Notes under the pieces: generated by a model | Told to the model about the DNA's origin: nothing | Database searches by the model: none | What the model saw: the letters and a program-made list of their open reading frames with translations, nothing else | Made by a program: the position numbers and the translations under genes | Shown: positions 1 to 12,530 of the stretch, piece after piece | How positions within the stretch are numbered: position 1 is the stretch's first letter | Layout: each line of letters begins with the position of its first letter | From: Camelus ferus | Lineage: Eukaryota | DNA: 64,000 bases | Assembly (NCBI RefSeq): GCF_009834535.1 | Contig: NC_045696.1 | Span: 55,244,001 to 55,308,000 of the forward strand | Reading direction: 5' to 3'

Positions 1-310
1 AATGTGCATACTAATGATATGCAAAGATATGTTGGAAAAGTCCCTGTGGAAATTGAGGACAGTAGGCACTAAAAGGGTTCAGACATAGGCAAGATCTCAT
101 CTTGGTAAGGAGAATTAGGAAAGGTTTCATGAGAACATAGAATCTGATCTAGGCTTTCAGGGATCTTAGTAGGTAAACGTCAGGGGAAGGCATCCCAGAT
201 ACATATAATAGAATGATTCTGGGCCAAAAGTGGGAAAGATAAAGGCATCTTTGGGGAAAAACTATTAGTCAAGTTTGCAAGTTAGAAAGAGATTGAGGAT
301 AGATTGAGAG

Positions 311-1169
311 AAGAGTTAGATTTAACATTAAGCTAATGATGTTTAAGCTCCAGACCATTCCCATGTCTCACCCCTGCTAAGGCTAGTGAGGTTTCACTCC
401 ACAGACACAAAGAGGAAGCAGCAGCCTTAGCTGCCGATGGAGACCCTCTCCTGGTGTCCTGGGACTGCACTTACAGAAATACCTCCATATCCACCTGTCC
501 TCCAGCAAAAATTGTCTCTGGTGGACCTAAAGAGCATCTGGACACCATCTCTGATTCTAAGAAGAAGAGATGTTGCTCTTTGAAATCCAGAAGGAAGGTT
601 CTGGCAAAAGGATGGGCATTGAATACCTGAGGAGCAAGACCAGCTGCTGCAGCAGCCGCTCTGGGAGCCAAGACAAGAGACATCAAAAGAATAGGCTTCT
701 CCAAGGCTTGCCCTAAGGTGAGAAGCACCTTCTGAGCAAGATCCCGCAGAGAAAGTTGCAGATGCAGCATTCCCAATTCTGAAACAGAAAACTCATTTTT
801 AAACAATTACAAATTTCTATCAGCCATGCTGGAGAAGTAAATTTTCTCTATAGAAAATTATATTAAGAAATTACAGTTATATGAAAAGATGATCAAAGAG
901 CATGCAACCAAACATATAGGGAGAGAGTATTATAGAGGTGTAGTGGGCAGGAAATTAACAATAAGTCATTCTCTTGGATTTTGTGGTGACTGCATTATTT
1001 GTTATCCTTTTAAAAAAATTTATAATGGGTGTGATTTCTTTTCTCATTTAGGATGAGCAAGTGTTCACTTTGCTACCTAACTTTTATTTCATTATTTCAT
1101 ATTTTTCTTAAAGAGGGCTCCAAACATTATCTAAGTTTCAAGTCCCCCAAAGCCTGCATGAGACCCCAG
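311..1169 (+). mobile_element. hAT-Tip100 DNA transposon fossil (Zaphod/MER115-like), internally deleted
   Basis: Left end gatttaacattaagctaatgatgtttaagctccag and right end ttttcttaaagagggctccaaacattatctaagtttcaagtcccc resemble remembered Zaphod termini; 790-940 resembles the transposase 3' segment (tctctatagaaaattatatt...gatcaaagagcatgcaacca). Confidence 0.7.
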
Positions 1170-1854
1170 TTGAAAGTCTTGCCTGACCATCTCAAGGGCT
1201 GAGATTTTATTTGGTCAGGAACAGAGGAGCAGAGAATATGTCCACTAATCAGTTTTCATGCTAATTTGTATAAGAACGAACATAAATCTTTATGTATCAG
1301 TGTTTGCAACTTTATGTTCCACTGACAGTGTTGATAATTACTTGGAAATTAAATGACTTTATTTTTTTAAGTTTTCCCTCTACTTTGTGATTTTGCTGCA
1401 GGAATTTATCTGCTGATTCTCCATTCTGAAACAGAGAGACTTGCCTGTAAAGTATAACTATTCTTCTTGGATCGAAGTTCCTTCCTTAGCATCATGATGT
1501 TGTTAATACATCACATCCATTTTATCCATATCACTTTTCCTACGTTTGGCTACTGGCACAGATTAATAGTTGTCTTTGCATTATGCAGTGGAACTTAATT
1601 TCTATTTGAATGTTTAACACCACTGTAATGATTTTACTGCAATTAAGAATGATAAATGTTTCCCTTCCAGTCTCAAAATCAATATTCACAAAGTGGAGGA
1701 GAAAGGCGGGAATGTGGCGGTTAGCAGAACAGATGGCCTTCAAGGAACTGAGGAAAGATGGAGGAAAGCTGAAAGGCATAAGCATTGATTAAGCACCTAC
1801 TGTGTGCTGGACCCTCTACTAGGTATTTCACAAAATAGAAATGGTAGTAGCAAA

Positions 1855-2095
1855 AACAGCTAACATTTAGATACTGCACATTTACTCTGACGTCTGTACT
1901 TTCCATACATTTCCTCAGTTGGTCTTCCTACTAATTCTGTAAGTTAAATCATATTTCTATTTCTATTTCTTTTTATGGGTGAGGAATCTGAGGCTCAGAG
2001 AGGTCACTAAGGAATTTACCTGTAATCATTAAAATGGTGAATGGAAGACTCAGGACCAGAATTCAGGTCCAGTTCCAAAGCTCCATATGTTTAAT
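1855..2095 (-). mobile_element. MIR SINE
   Basis: Core gaggaatctgaggctcagagagg...ccagaattcaggtccagttccaaagctc is the reverse complement of the MIR core. Confidence 0.8.
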
Positions 2096-2101
2096 ATTCA
2101 C

Positions 2102-2678
2102 TGTATTCACTTGCTATTGCTGCATAACAAATTACCACAAAACTACACTTATTCACCATCTCACAGTTCTGTGGGTCAGATCTGAGTGAGCTCAACTGGG
2201 TTATCTGCTTAAATCCCGTAAGCTGAAATCAAGGTGTGATCTGGACCGTGCTCCGATCTGGAAACTCTAGTGAGGAATTCACTTCTAATCTGATTCAGGT
2301 TGTTGGGAGAATTCAGCGCCTTGAGATTGTACGACAAAGGTCTGCATTTCTTTGCTGGCTGTCTGCCAGCATCTGTTCCCAGCTTCTAGAGACCTTCTTC
2401 ATTCCCTGACACATGGGACCCTCCATCTTCAAGCCAGCAAAGGTGTACTGAATTCTTCTCACACTTGGAATCTCTTTGACTTCTTCTCCTATTACCTGGT
2501 AAAACATCTCTGCTTTTAAATGACTCCAACTTAACTGACTAGAAAACTTAATTACATCTGCAAAATCTTTTTGTTGTTTAATGTAACATAATCATGGGTG
2601 TGATATCTCTGCTTATTTACAGCCCTGGAGAACAGGGCAGAAAATCTTTAGGGAGGACTTGGAATTTTCCCTACTATA
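2102..2678 (-). mobile_element. MaLR solo LTR (MLT1D/E-like)
   Basis: Starts tgtattcacttgctattgctgcataacaaattaccac; contains tctcacagttctgtgggtcaga, agctgaaatcaaggtgt, ccctccatcttcaagccagca and cttaattacatctgcaaaat, all typical MLT1 blocks. Confidence 0.85.
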
Positions 2679-2939
2679 CCTATACTATTCTCTGCACCAG
2701 GTATATGCTCTGTCATTCAGTCTGACCACCACCTTGTCAAGAGATATCAGTATTTCCTTTAGAACAATGAGAAAACCAGGACCCATAGCCAAAGTGAGCA
2801 CCAGGTAAGAAAGAGTATGAAGGCCAAATCTACATCACACATGACGACAGTCTTACGTATACTCTAGCACATTCCAGTTGCCTCTCCATCATCATCCCTC
2901 GCTGGATTAAGCTTCGGCCACACTAAAGGTGCTGAGATG

Positions 2940-3305
2940 TACCATGTGCTCACCTGCAGCCCTTTGTAGGTAAACATGGTTCCCTCTAGAATTCTACTCT
3001 TGCTTGGCTAACTCTTACTTCTCCTTCAGGTCTCATTTAAACATCCCTTCCTTTGAGAACTACTCCCCACCACAAGCCTGAAGGGGAGCTCTCTCTTACA
3101 CTAAAGCATCTTGTACTTAACTCATGATAATACCACTTATCAACCTGTACTAGAACGCCTATCTACTTAGCCATCTCCATCCATTGATGCAGTCTGCTTT
3201 GTTGCTGGTCTAGATATCTTTTGCATGGCTTTAGAAGATTTCTTAATGGTTTAGGATTTTTGAACAAGTTAATTCTCTTTGGCAAATGAATAAATAAATA
3301 AATCA
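2940..3305 (+). mobile_element. L2 LINE 3' end fragment
   Basis: ctaactcttacttctccttcaggtctcatttaaacatcccttcc motif and a terminal aaatgaataaataaat tail. Confidence 0.6.
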
Positions 3306-3479
3306 GCCCTCAAAATAAAGGTGCTAAAGGAGTACAAAATGGTAGCAAAGAACCTTGCTTGTCCCTATAACACATCAAAAATCCCCCTTTTGTCATAAAC
3401 TTCACAGTAGGCACACTCCCACAGCTAACTGTATCCATCTCTTCCTTTCTCCTACCCTTTGATATAAATTTGACCAAAA

Positions 3480-4500
3480 ACATAATCTCTAAGAAAAAAA
3501 TATATTTGTGGCACCAAGGATTCATATAGATCACTTGTCTTTGGACTTTATGGCCTAAGTTTAGTTACAAACTAAACTAGAAATGGAAATGAATAAGAGA
3601 AATGATGATAATCTATTTGCAAATGTGTGTCATTTCAATTAAAGCAAAATTCAAGAGAAAAATATTCAAATGGGAAAATGTATTAAAATCCTAATTAAAA
3701 AGACTGACTTCTTTTTAAAGTATTTGTATTTCAAAAAAGTTATTATAAGTTTGAGAGATTAAAAACTAGGAAAAAAAGAAAAGAATATTTGAAAGACTCA
3801 AAGAAAGAAGAGAAGAGACATCTAAAAGTAGAACGATTAAAATAAATTCTTCACAACTAAGTACTGAACCTTTTAGCCATAGCGAGAAGAAAATTATTCT
3901 CATGCCACCTGGACACATTTTTACAAAAATGTAAAAGATATAAAAGAATTAGAAAATCAAATAGGAAGCAGCAATCAATGTTTGAATTCTGAGATCCCAA
4001 AAAAGAATAAGGCCTAGATGCAAGTTGTTTAGAGACAAGATAGAAAATGAAAATCAGATTCCGAAGATGTTTCTCCTTATCTCTGCCAGTTCAAATTTGC
4101 CTTCATTCAGGATTCCTCTCAAATGCCTCAAAAATCCAATATAGTAGCCCAACTATATTGGGGAAGGCAAGCTTTCAGAGATACATCAAAATTTCAGATG
4201 AGATGACTTAGACCAACCTAGCACAGAAAGAAATCAAAATGTAACAATTTCCTGGATAAGCTGATCCCTAAAAGTAGCTAAAACTGAAACCTCAAGTTTA
4301 TTTATTTTTTAAATGGAGGTACTGGGGATTGAACCCAGGACCTCACGCATGCTAGGCATGCACTCTACCACTGAACTATACCTTCCCTCCCTGAAACTTA
4401 AAGTTTAAAAGAAACTCTTGATCTAGCTTTTCCCAATTTTTCACCAAGATACCAATGAGATACAGAAAAATACTAAAGCATAGAATACCAGAAAACCATG
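3480..4500 (+). mobile_element. Very old non-LTR retrotransposon fragment (possibly L4/RTE-X or CR1-like), EN-to-RT linker
   Basis: A-rich degenerate coding-like strand; ~3517-3549 reads RIHIDHLSLDF (resembles the APE endonuclease terminal SDHxPL motif); ~4210-4270 loosely resembles the EEI...KAPGxDxIP segment preceding RT. Many stops and frameshifts. Confidence 0.35.
4300..4390 (-). mobile_element. tRNA-derived camelid SINE (Vic-1-like)
   Basis: Reverse complement reads ggagggaaggtatagttcagtggtagagtgcatgcctagcatgcgtgaggtcctgggttcaatccccagtacctcc plus A-rich tail, with Pol III A and B boxes; TSD ctgaaacctcaagttt (4284-4299) / ctgaaacttaaagttt (4391-4406), 14/16. Confidence 0.92.
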
Positions 4501-4635
4501 GTATTGAATACACTATTGGCAGAATCTGGAATCATTTGTCCCTATGTCCAAGACTGATAGAGCAAGTCAGAGGAAGATCTCAACATCTTGCGTCCTGAGC
4601 CAGAATAAACAGGAAGGTTCTAAGTACCTCTTTAT

Positions 4636-4990
4636 CTCAATTTGAGTTCTTTGGTTGCAACAAAACCTTGTTACTTAATCTGAAAGAAATTTGTTAGAAG
4701 TAATTTTGAGGTTCACAGGATCAATGGAAGACTGGAAAACCAGCCTTGAAAATGGACAGGGCCCAGGATAGTGTCAGATGATAAATAAGATACCTGATAA
4801 GCAGTAGCCACCATAAGTCTCCTAGAAGTGGGAGATCCCAGACAATTTTATTAACTTTTTCCTCCTCCTGTTCCAGGAAGGGAACACCCGATTGCCCTAG
4901 TTTGGAAGTTGTGCCTATCAGGCTAAGAAAGAATGGAACCCCTGACTACAATCCTATCAGATGACGTGCAATGATTTCCCATCACAAATA
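4636..4990 (-). mobile_element. Old MaLR LTR fragment (MLT1K/L-like)
   Basis: ttctttggttgcaacaaaacc...gaaatttgttagaag...ttcacaggatcaatggaagactggaaaaccagccttgaaaatggacagg pattern. Confidence 0.6.
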
Positions 4991-5527
4991 GAATAAAACC
5001 CCAGACACCTTTCCACAGCCTACAGGGGTCTAAGGGACCCAGTCCCAGCCACCTCCCCACCCTCATCCTTCTCCTCTCTTCCTCCCTCACTGTGCTCCAA
5101 CCAGACGTCCTTCTTGCAGTCCCTGCCTCAGATCTCTTGGACTTAACTGTTCCTGCTGCTCAGAAAGCCCTTCCCCCAGACATCCCCAGTTCACCCCATG
5201 ACCAACTCCCTCTCATCACTTAAGTCTTAGCTCCAGTAACCCCTTCTCAAACAGACCTTCTCTAACTACACTTCCCCACCTTTTCCACCTCGAGACATTC
5301 TCAATCACGTTTTCCCATTTCCTTCTCCTGGAAATCGTTAGTATCTCAAATTATTTATTTATTTGCTGATTTTATTTCTGTCTGTCTGGTCCCCTTTCAA
5401 CTTGCCTACAGTGTGGGTAGAGATCCCCGCTGAAGGTAAAGATGGTATCTTTTCTCTCCAATTACATCTCTATCCCCCACCTACGGCTGAGACACAGGAT
5501 GACATCAGAAAAAATTTTAAATGAATG
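4990..5527 (+). mobile_element. L2a LINE 3' end
   Basis: agaataaaacccc...cctccctcactgtgctccaacc...gttcctgctgctcagaaagcccttccccc...aaatgaatg; a second L2 tail follows at ~5595-5708 (gtgcccagcacagtgcccagctcatggtaag...aaatgtttattg). Confidence 0.8.
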
Positions 5528-8500
5528 TAAGAACCAGTGTTGCAGCACTTACTACATTTCTCAGATAATTAATGATGGAGCTGTTTTTCACAATGAGCTG
5601 TTAGACCTTCCAGGGTAAAGACCGAGCCTTCCACATCTCCATGCCCTGGTGCCCAGCACAGTGCCCAGCTCATGGTAAGATCCTCAACAAATGTTTATTG
5701 ACCTGAATTCTGTTTAGCCGGGGGCTCTTTCTTTATGAACTGCTAGGCAGGCAGGCTGTACCCAGAGAAAGCTATTTTCTAAAATGATTCCAAATCAGAC
5801 TTCATAAGATGATAATAGCTAGAATAAAAAGTCCTTCCCAGGAAAGCTCTGAAAACAGTGCCAACATTCTCAAACATTTATAGCCCTGAAATTTCTCTTG
5901 CCCAGCATCTTTCTCCAACATGAATAAATGTAACCAGGAAGTTGGTCATAACTGTCAACAGACAAGCCAGGGGCCCCGAGCAGGGGCTCCTCCTGGACAC
6001 TCCATCTTGATGAAGGACAAGGCAATGAGAGGCACCAGCAAAAAAAGAAAAAAGAAGAAAACCTCCAAGGAAACTGAACAAATATCTCCCCTGGTAATAA
6101 ATAAATAGCTCAGCCAGGGAATTATAATTGCGTGTATAATGCAGCTCAGATATAGGGCATAATTACACTCTAGAATCCATACAGTAATAAAAAGCTCCAG
6201 TCAGGGAAAAGAATGCTTGTTTGCCATGGTTTGACAGGCAAGCAACAAACAAGAACCACTTTTTCACCCTTTATTCAATAAAATCAGCATATTAAATATT
6301 CAGACTGAGTGTCTCCATTAAGCAATTCACTTCTACCTCTTCTCCTTCCTCCCTCCCCACCTCTTCTTGTTTTGTTTTCATCAAGTCAGGGAGGGAAAAA
6401 AATAAAACCAAGTCCGTGATGCGATTTTTAATGAAGCCACGGCTCAGAGGTTCTGCTGTGTTCAGGAGCTGCCTCTCCAGTGTACTGGGGCGGGGGCGGG
6501 GGCGGAGAGGGGCAGTTTGGGAGGGACCTCAGAGAGCAGGCAGACCTCCATTTAAAATCAAGGGCAATGTGCTGGCAGGGGAGGGGAGTGTGAGAAAGGG
6601 GAGAGAAGGAATCAGCTTCCCTTACCCAACACAGCAATAAAGAAAGGCACCTGGCCTGAAAATATTTAAGTGGCTGCTATGAGTTGCGAACTGTAGCTAA
6701 TGAAACAGCTGACAGCACAACATGGAGTAAAAGAGTCAGGGCAAAGGAGAGAAAGGTTAAAAGGCTGGGGAACTAGATTAGAATGATTAAGAGAAACCGA
6801 CAGACATCGAGAACACAACTGACTAATGTCTGAAAGACACTGAGAGGGGATATTTTCCTGGACAACCAAATTACTGCCTGCCTCTTTCCTTCTCTCCCGT
6901 TTGGAAGAAGGTTTGGACCTCTCTGCCTCAGAAGGAGGTTACAAATAGACAGAAGGGAGAAGGGAGTCTGGAAATGTCACCTTCTCCAGAATGAAGGAAA
7001 AAAAAATCGTCATGCTTCCTTCTCAGCCCTGGCCCCAGCCACAAGCTTTCACCTCGACTCTGGCTCTGAAGTGGATAGGCAGAGGTGGGGACAGGGAGCA
7101 GACAGGGCAAGGGGAAGCCTATCCGCTCTAGACCAGGAGGGAGTGAGGTCAACGGTAATGGCAATGAGCAATGGCAAGGTGGAATGCGAACTGCAGAAAT
7201 TTATGAATTTGTTTCTGCTCAGTGAGCAGATTCCAGATAAGTGGAGTGTTAATAAGGCAGGCGAGTTTTCAGCTGTGCCAGCTGTTGGGAAGATGTTGGC
7301 ATGCTCTTAAGCCGGTATTTATTGGATGCTACTCATTGCTGTGACAGCACACATGCGTACACAAGCATGTTTATTCACAACATGCATAATCACCCTGTCA
7401 CAACACAGATGCAAATCAGAGGCCTGTCTCGGGAGCAGAGGGGCATATCTAAAACCCCGCGCCCTTAAGGAAAACTGAGAGCTCCCTTTCACAAAAGTAA
7501 CTGATCCTTCCAGGCTGCCGTGGAGTGGACTCTGACAGATTGACTTCTGTGAGGATGAAGAGGCATAAAGACAGGACATGGGCTTTATTTTATGCAGAAC
7601 GGAGCCTCATAAGGAATTTATCCTAAACAAGGTGACTAATTCAGTTGCCATGTCCTGTAACCTGGGGAGAGTAAAACTGAATGGTTATTACATGTGATTG
7701 TGGGGTTTCAAGGAGCTGGCGTAATCTCTGAGCACCCAATGCAAATGTATCTTATAGAATTAGTGGCAAGGTGGAACCAAGAAGCTCAGTGACAAACTGA
7801 GCTCCTTTGAATGCACTTCAACATGTACATAAGCTGGAGATTCTATAATGGGAAACAAAACGGCTCTTTGCACACACTTGAAGAACAACAGGAAAATTAG
7901 CCAAGGAGAAGACTAGAAAAGCCATAGGAATTTTGAAATGAAAAAAGAATTTTATCCAAGAAGATCACTTGTGATTAGGTGGGGGTCAGGGGCAGTGGAC
8001 ACCAACATTTGGTACCAACTAGGTGCCCACGCTGTTACACTCCCTGTTGTAAGCCATTCAGCCACCCACCTGACAGAGAGAGAAACAGAGCTGGGGAGAG
8101 GTTAGGGTGGACCCCAAGTCCCAGCAACCTGGGAAGCGGCGGGGTCCAGAGGAGCCACAGCTCTGGCTACATGCTGAGCCTGCACTCCTTCATGTGATTG
8201 CTCCACACTGCCTCAGGTCACAAAGGGATTCACTGAAGAGTCAGGCTGGCATCCTGGACCTAAAGTGGGCTAAGCTTGAGAAGCCAGAAATAAATTCAGA
8301 CTGAACAAGAGTACTAGAGATGCCCCAAAGACGAAGTCATGATATAAATTCTAATGAGGGCTGACTATAAACTGAAGTCAAAAGACGGGCTCCACACGCC
8401 CCACCTGACAGCCAGCCCCAGTGCCTTACAGCCACACGCCCACCTAGCCGTGGTCACATCATCAGTGAGAGCAGGCTGTGCCTGAACGTGACCACTACCC

Positions 8501-8769
8501 GTGCAGCACCCCTTCCGGGCCTGTGTTCTCTGCTGTCCTTCCTGAGATACATCCCTTGTATTCATCTTCTCTCTCTTTTTTCTTCCATTCCTTCCTTTCC
8601 TTTCAACATCTCTTTGTCCAGATATTTGTAAGTTTCTAAACTCAAGGGTTATTCAATCCATCATGCTTCCAAGTTCTATTTGACATTGGTGGGGTCTGCT
8701 GGAAATGCAAAACCCACTCCCAGAGGGATGAATCTCTGTTAGTGAAATGAAGGGCCTGGTAGTGGGGCA

Positions 8770-9048
8770 GCTCTGTGCTGTGGGAGGAGCTGTGGGTAAA
8801 AGCTCTAATCTGAGCTCTGCTGCTACTATACTGACATGCCTTGGGCACATCACTTAACTCCTTTGGGTTTCCATTTCCTCAGCCCTAAAATAAAGAGGTG
8901 GAACTAGAACCATGTGGTTTTTTAATCACATGCACTACTCTCCCGGGGCATGGAAATGTGAACCCCTCTCGCCTCAAGCACCCCGGCCACCTGTCAGGGA
9001 ACACTGGTCTGGATCCTCCATAAGGTCCTCCTCTGTTCTGACATTCTG
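8770..9048 (+). mobile_element. MIR3/MIRc SINE, possibly interrupted by a small hAT MITE (~8910-9010)
   Basis: gccttgggcacatcacttaactcctttgggtttccatttcctc...taaaataaagagg, resuming with taaggtcctcctctgttctgacattctg; the insert ends gggaacactgg, like MER5-type TIRs. Confidence 0.6.
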
Positions 9049-11685
9049 CTAATCCACTGGGGAAGTACTGTTGGATAGTAGTGACTTTCCCAGATTCCTC
9101 TCAAATCTTATCACAGAGCATCCAAAAAGCAAGGCTTCCTGTTGTCTGAGAGAGTCTAAAAATCAAGATACAATATTTTCTATCAGACACTGGTCCAAAG
9201 TACACCCAGGACACAATCAACTCAGAAATCCTGAAGGCAATCATCCTCTTCCAAATCACTACTGCTGCTTACAAGGGATTAGCATTTTTCTCTATAATTA
9301 TCTCTCCGACTCCCCAGTTTCCTGGTCTCTTTTCTGTGCATCCTTTAGTTTATAAACTGCTTTCTTCAAACATTTGGAATCATTATAAATGGCAAAAAGG
9401 GCTTTGGGGTTTTTCAGGAGAAAACAGGGCAGATGCTCAAATGGTACTGCCCTGCACATTTTAGGTCCTTCTGAGCTCACAGCTCCTGTCATGCCAAGTG
9501 CATCCTACAGGAAGGAAGGCAAGAGCGTGTGCTACAGAACAGGGCCAAGCAGACACGAACACTCCGATCAACTCCAGGCACATTTATTCAGCAAACTTCC
9601 TCCTAGCTTCTTTACTTACTGCCACCAGTGAATCCAAATTAATGATCTAGCCAAAATCTTACACTTTCATAATCATAATTATGTTAATCTCTTTCTCAAA
9701 GCCTTCTTTTGATTCTCTGTATTTACATAAATTTTCAACTTTTTTCTTCCTTCACTCAATCCCTTTAATTTTCCAGTCCTCTTGGTGTTAGCATTCCTAC
9801 TTTTGTACATTTCTTCCCAGCTGCTTCCTAGTTCTTTTTTCCTCGCTGGGTGTCTCCTTTCAACTACTATGTGTCCTCGACCCAGAATAATATTTCTGCA
9901 AAACTCTTAACATATATCCATTTTCAGGAGCCCCTAGGGAGTAGGCACTCACCTCAGGAGCCTGAACTCCACTCATACCAGCATCCTGATTTATCTGAGC
10001 TCAACTGGAAGGCTGGGCAAGTGAACCTTCCAGGTAGGAGCCGATGGGAAAGATTTTTCTAATGGAAGAGACAGTGAGGGTCACAGTTGGGGAGGTGGGT
10101 AGCAATCTGTCTACACTGTCTCTTGAACCTGCTTTTCCTCTAAAGGTGTCTTGCCAGAGGGGAAAAAAATAAATAAGCAGTGGCTGTAATACCTCCATCT
10201 GAAATAAGGGTACCAGGCATCACTGTTGATTCCCAATGTGTAAGAAAAAGCCAGCAGACTACACAACAACCTGGACTAGCCTCCTTCTGGCCCAGAAGAG
10301 AAAATAATGGAAGACATGATCCAAGGGGGCAGTAAGACACTTGGGAGCACAGGGGAGTCCCCGGGCAACCTCACAAACAATACCAGAGGAACAGAGTCAA
10401 CACGGGGTGACTGGACTGGGGCCCTATAGTTTAAATCCCAGAGTAGCCCAGGGGGAAACACTTGTGATCCTCAGAATATACAGGACCTTTGAGTGTTAGA
10501 GGCCACTTAGGGCCTGTTGAGGGTCATCCCAACAAAGAGTGAGTTTCCGGGAAGATAACAACTAAACCCTAACTCCCTGTTAGTCTTTCTCTATAAACAG
10601 CATCAGAAAGGATTCCTCAAGTTCCATTAAACAGAAAATTCTCCCTCCAGCTAAAATTCCTCATGCTGTACCCCAAGTCCATTTATAATGGGTCCTTTCG
10701 TTGCTCAAAAAACAACTCTACTTTCTGCTTAATGCTATAACTTTCTCCTTTCCCTAAAGGGTTTACCTTTCACCATTTATCTTGTATGCTTCCACATCCT
10801 TTAGTACAAATGATAAAATGGTACCACTGGGTCTATACATCCACTAGCTACAGGAATCACAGCACCCAAAAGGCAGTGTCACCTGGAGTAGAAGGGGAAA
10901 GGGAGTGAGGCTGAAGTATCATGAAAATCAAGTTCAAATTTGAAGTTGATGCTCTGCTTTGGGGTTAGCCAATTTAGGCTTACTTGTTTAGCTGACGAAT
11001 TTTAGGAAAATTAAAGACTGACTCACCATTACCTCAAGCAATGTTTTAACTGAGCAACCATAATTATAAACTGTAAAAAATGACTCATTTGTAGATTTCC
11101 TGGAACTTCATTCTATGAATTGTTTACTACACAGAAGCATGGACTTTTGAATTGGACTAGAGATTATTCCCTCTAGGGTCCTTCCCTGCAGAGGAATCTA
11201 ACTACAGTCAGAGGAGCCTGCAAACAGCTAAAACGTGTCCAGGGACCAGGTAACCAATTCCACCCCAGAATAAATCCAACTGTTTAAAAAAAAAGTCTCC
11301 CTGACCTTGAGTCCAAATATGCTTCCTCAAAATTTCCACCACTAACCGTAGCACCCTGGAAACAATATTAATACATACATACCCTCTGCCTCCTGAGAGC
11401 CTGTTGATTTTTTTAAAACAGCTGTCACATCCCTCCAAAGACACTTCTTCAGGAGAAACATTCCTTATTGCTGCAATCATTTCTCATACTTCATAATTTC
11501 CAGACCCTGAACCATCCCCAAAGCCATTCTCTGGACAATTACCTGGAACAAAACACAGGACTCCAAGACTACAGATATTATATCAGGCTGTGCCATCCAG
11601 CCCTGCATCATTGGTGAGGTCACTGATTTTCCATTTGTTCCATTCTTTATTACAGTACACATAAAGTTATCACAAAGTTAGTTAG

Positions 11686-12530
11686 ATATGAAAAGTGATT
11701 TCGAGAACAGGAAACACGAATGACCAAGAATCATACAAAAAGATGTTCAACCTCATTATTAATCAGGAAAGTGCAAATTAAAACAAAAATGAAATATCAT
11801 TTCACACTGATCAAATTGGCAAATTTTAAAAGCCTGATGATAGAAGTGTTGGCAAGGATGTGAAGAAACGGGAACTCGTACGCTGTTAGTGGGAGTACAA
11901 ATGGGTGTAACTACTTTGGAGAGAAACTTGGCAATATTTAGTAATGTTCAGGATAAACATATCCCACAACCCAGAATTTCCACTTCTATGAGGTTTATTA
12001 CAGAAACCTGCAAACCAGCTCACAAGAAATTTTGTCCACATTGTAATTGTAAACATTATTTGTAATATTAAAAAAGGGAGGAAAAAGAAAGAAAACAAGT
12101 CCTTCCAAAAGAAGAATGGTTAAATGTATATACCTATGCAAGGGAACACTATAGAGCATTTAAAATGAACAGTACATGGACAAATCCTGAAAATATAATG
12201 TTGAATGAAAAAAGTTGTAGAAGGATTTGTACATTATAATATAATAATATATTAAATATCTTTAAAACACACCAAGCAATATTGTACAACCATGACTTCT
12301 GTGTAAAACTGCGGGTAGAAAAATACTAGGGACTTCAGAGTAAAATTCACCTCTGGAAAGAAGGAAGCTGAACAAGATCAGAATGAGAAAGGAGGTCTTT
12401 GAAATGCCCGTAACATTTTAAGTCCTTTTAAAAAATACTAAATTATGGCAGAAAATACTGAATTTGGATGGTACACGGTTGTCTGATAGTTTCTTTCTAC
12501 TCCTTAGTACATTTTAAATATTTCATGTTT
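11686..12530 (+). mobile_element. Old L1 (L1ME-type) 3' fragment
   Basis: aaagatgttcaacctcattattaatcaggaaagtgcaaattaaaac...gtgttggcaaggatgtgaagaaacgggaactc, the L1 ORF2 C-terminus followed by 3' UTR. Confidence 0.85.
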
